Shown: positions 39,636 to 39,888 of the stretch, one piece after another
Position numbering within the stretch: the first letter of the stretch is position 1
Layout of the letters: each line of letters begins with the position of its first letter
DNA from: a virus
IMG/VR virus record: IMGVR_UViG_3300045988_053504
Location: 1-39,888 of that record
DNA length: 39,888 nt
Strand: one strand, 5' to 3'
Notes under the pieces: generated by a model
The model's input: only the letters and a program-made list of their open reading frames with translations
Told to the model about the DNA's origin: nothing
The model's database searches: none
Made by a program: the position numbers and the translations under genes

Positions 39636-39669
39636 AAAAATACTCCGATACCTTGGAGATACCGGAGTA
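39636..39669 (-). terminator. Terminator-like hairpin immediately upstream of tRNA-CAU
   Basis: On the - strand: UACUCCG, a 15-nt loop, CGGAGUA, then UUUUUGUG. The tRNA 5' end lies 9 nt after the stem. Confidence 0.4.
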
Positions 39670-39833
39670 TTAGATCTGATTAATAGCAGCTTTGCAGATT
39701 ATTTCCTGCTTAGCACCATTTCTGGCTGGCAATGGTGGATTTTAGTTGCCATTAAGCACCACGACATGTCCTCCCTTACTCTTTCTCTTTCAAAAGACCG
39801 CTGCCACAACATGCCCTCCCAAATATATTAATC

Positions 39834-39888
39834 ATATACGCCTTGCGTTGTTGTTTAGCTTGGTTGTCACAGCGGCGCCACCGTGACA
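39834..39888. repeat. Terminal direct repeat copy 2 (identical to 1-55)
   Basis: Read directly from the sequence. See copy 1. Confidence 0.95.

Larger units (their letters stand above)
1..39888. mobile_element. Complete temperate siphovirus-type phage genome, circularly closed contig (39,833 nt unique plus 55-nt overlap)
   Basis: All phage modules lie in one window. Repressor, lipoprotein and integrase are on the + strand (11721-14981). Early, recombination/replication, packaging, head, tail and lysis genes are on the - strand. The first 55 nt equal the last 55 nt. Confidence 0.85.

Noticed and set aside
39834-39888. Terminal 55-nt repeat as a biological DTR, LTR or att duplication.
   Set aside because: The length equals a common assembler k-mer and the repeat sits exactly at the contig ends. 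A circular assembly overlap is the more parsimonious reading. A true short DTR cannot be excluded without reads.
1-39888. Search for a reverse transcriptase/DGR, retron, CBASS-like, toxin-antitoxin pairs with known folds, transposases or an rRNA.
   Set aside because: No ORF shows the corresponding hallmark motifs (YxDD RT, cyclase, PIN/RelE and so on). The only nucleic-acid repeats found are those listed as features.

Overview
The window is one complete temperate phage genome of the siphovirus type (long non-contractile tail). It is a closed circle: nt 1-55 are identical to nt 39834-39888, leaving 39,833 nt unique. Protein families recognised by recall suggest a Bacillota (Clostridia-like) host: Amidase_2 plus PG_binding_1 endolysin, Gram-positive lipobox, SPP1-like head genes, RinA/ArpU-like regulator.

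The lysogeny module is on the + strand: XRE/cI-like repressor (11721-12101), an AT-rich lipoprotein (12699-13559) and a tyrosine integrase (13725-14981), followed by a repeat-rich attP candidate.

Nearly everything else is on the - strand. Read circularly, the order is:
- Early promoter at about 11650.
- Small early genes, interrupted by one opposite-strand DUF2513-like gene.
- HD hydrolase, Rad52/Sak-like annealase, HNHc/NinB-like protein and RusA.
- DUF6291/DnaD-like replisome organiser and two HTH proteins.
- An AT-rich island of small ORFs (2612-6290), including a pentapeptide-repeat protein and a PD-(D/E)XK nuclease-like protein.
- Dam-like methyltransferase, NA37/NdpA-like nucleoid protein and an ArpU/RinA-like regulator.
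- Wrapping past the contig end: tRNA-Met(CAU) and tRNA-Ser(GCU), then a coupled HExxH protein and macro-domain protein.
- TerS, TerL, portal, and a MuF/gp7-like protein with an extra C-terminal HExxH domain plus a zinc-ribbon ORF.
- Scaffold, major capsid, connector genes, major tail protein, a Big_2 Ig-like ORF and chaperones.
- A 1830-aa tape measure, Dit, Tal and fibre, then holin and endolysin.
- A small accessory island (15225-16466) next to attP.

No CRISPR array, reverse transcriptase, transposase or rRNA was seen. The candidates I consider most worth follow-up:
1. The island between endolysin and attP: an RHH regulator, three copies of a 14-bp operator and small acidic proteins.
2. The MuF fusion with a C-terminal HExxH domain and its overlapping zinc-ribbon ORF.
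3. The translationally coupled HExxH and macro-domain pair behind the phage tRNAs.
4. The pentapeptide-repeat protein and the conserved junction motif of the AT-rich early island.

All family assignments come from motif recall, not from database searches.
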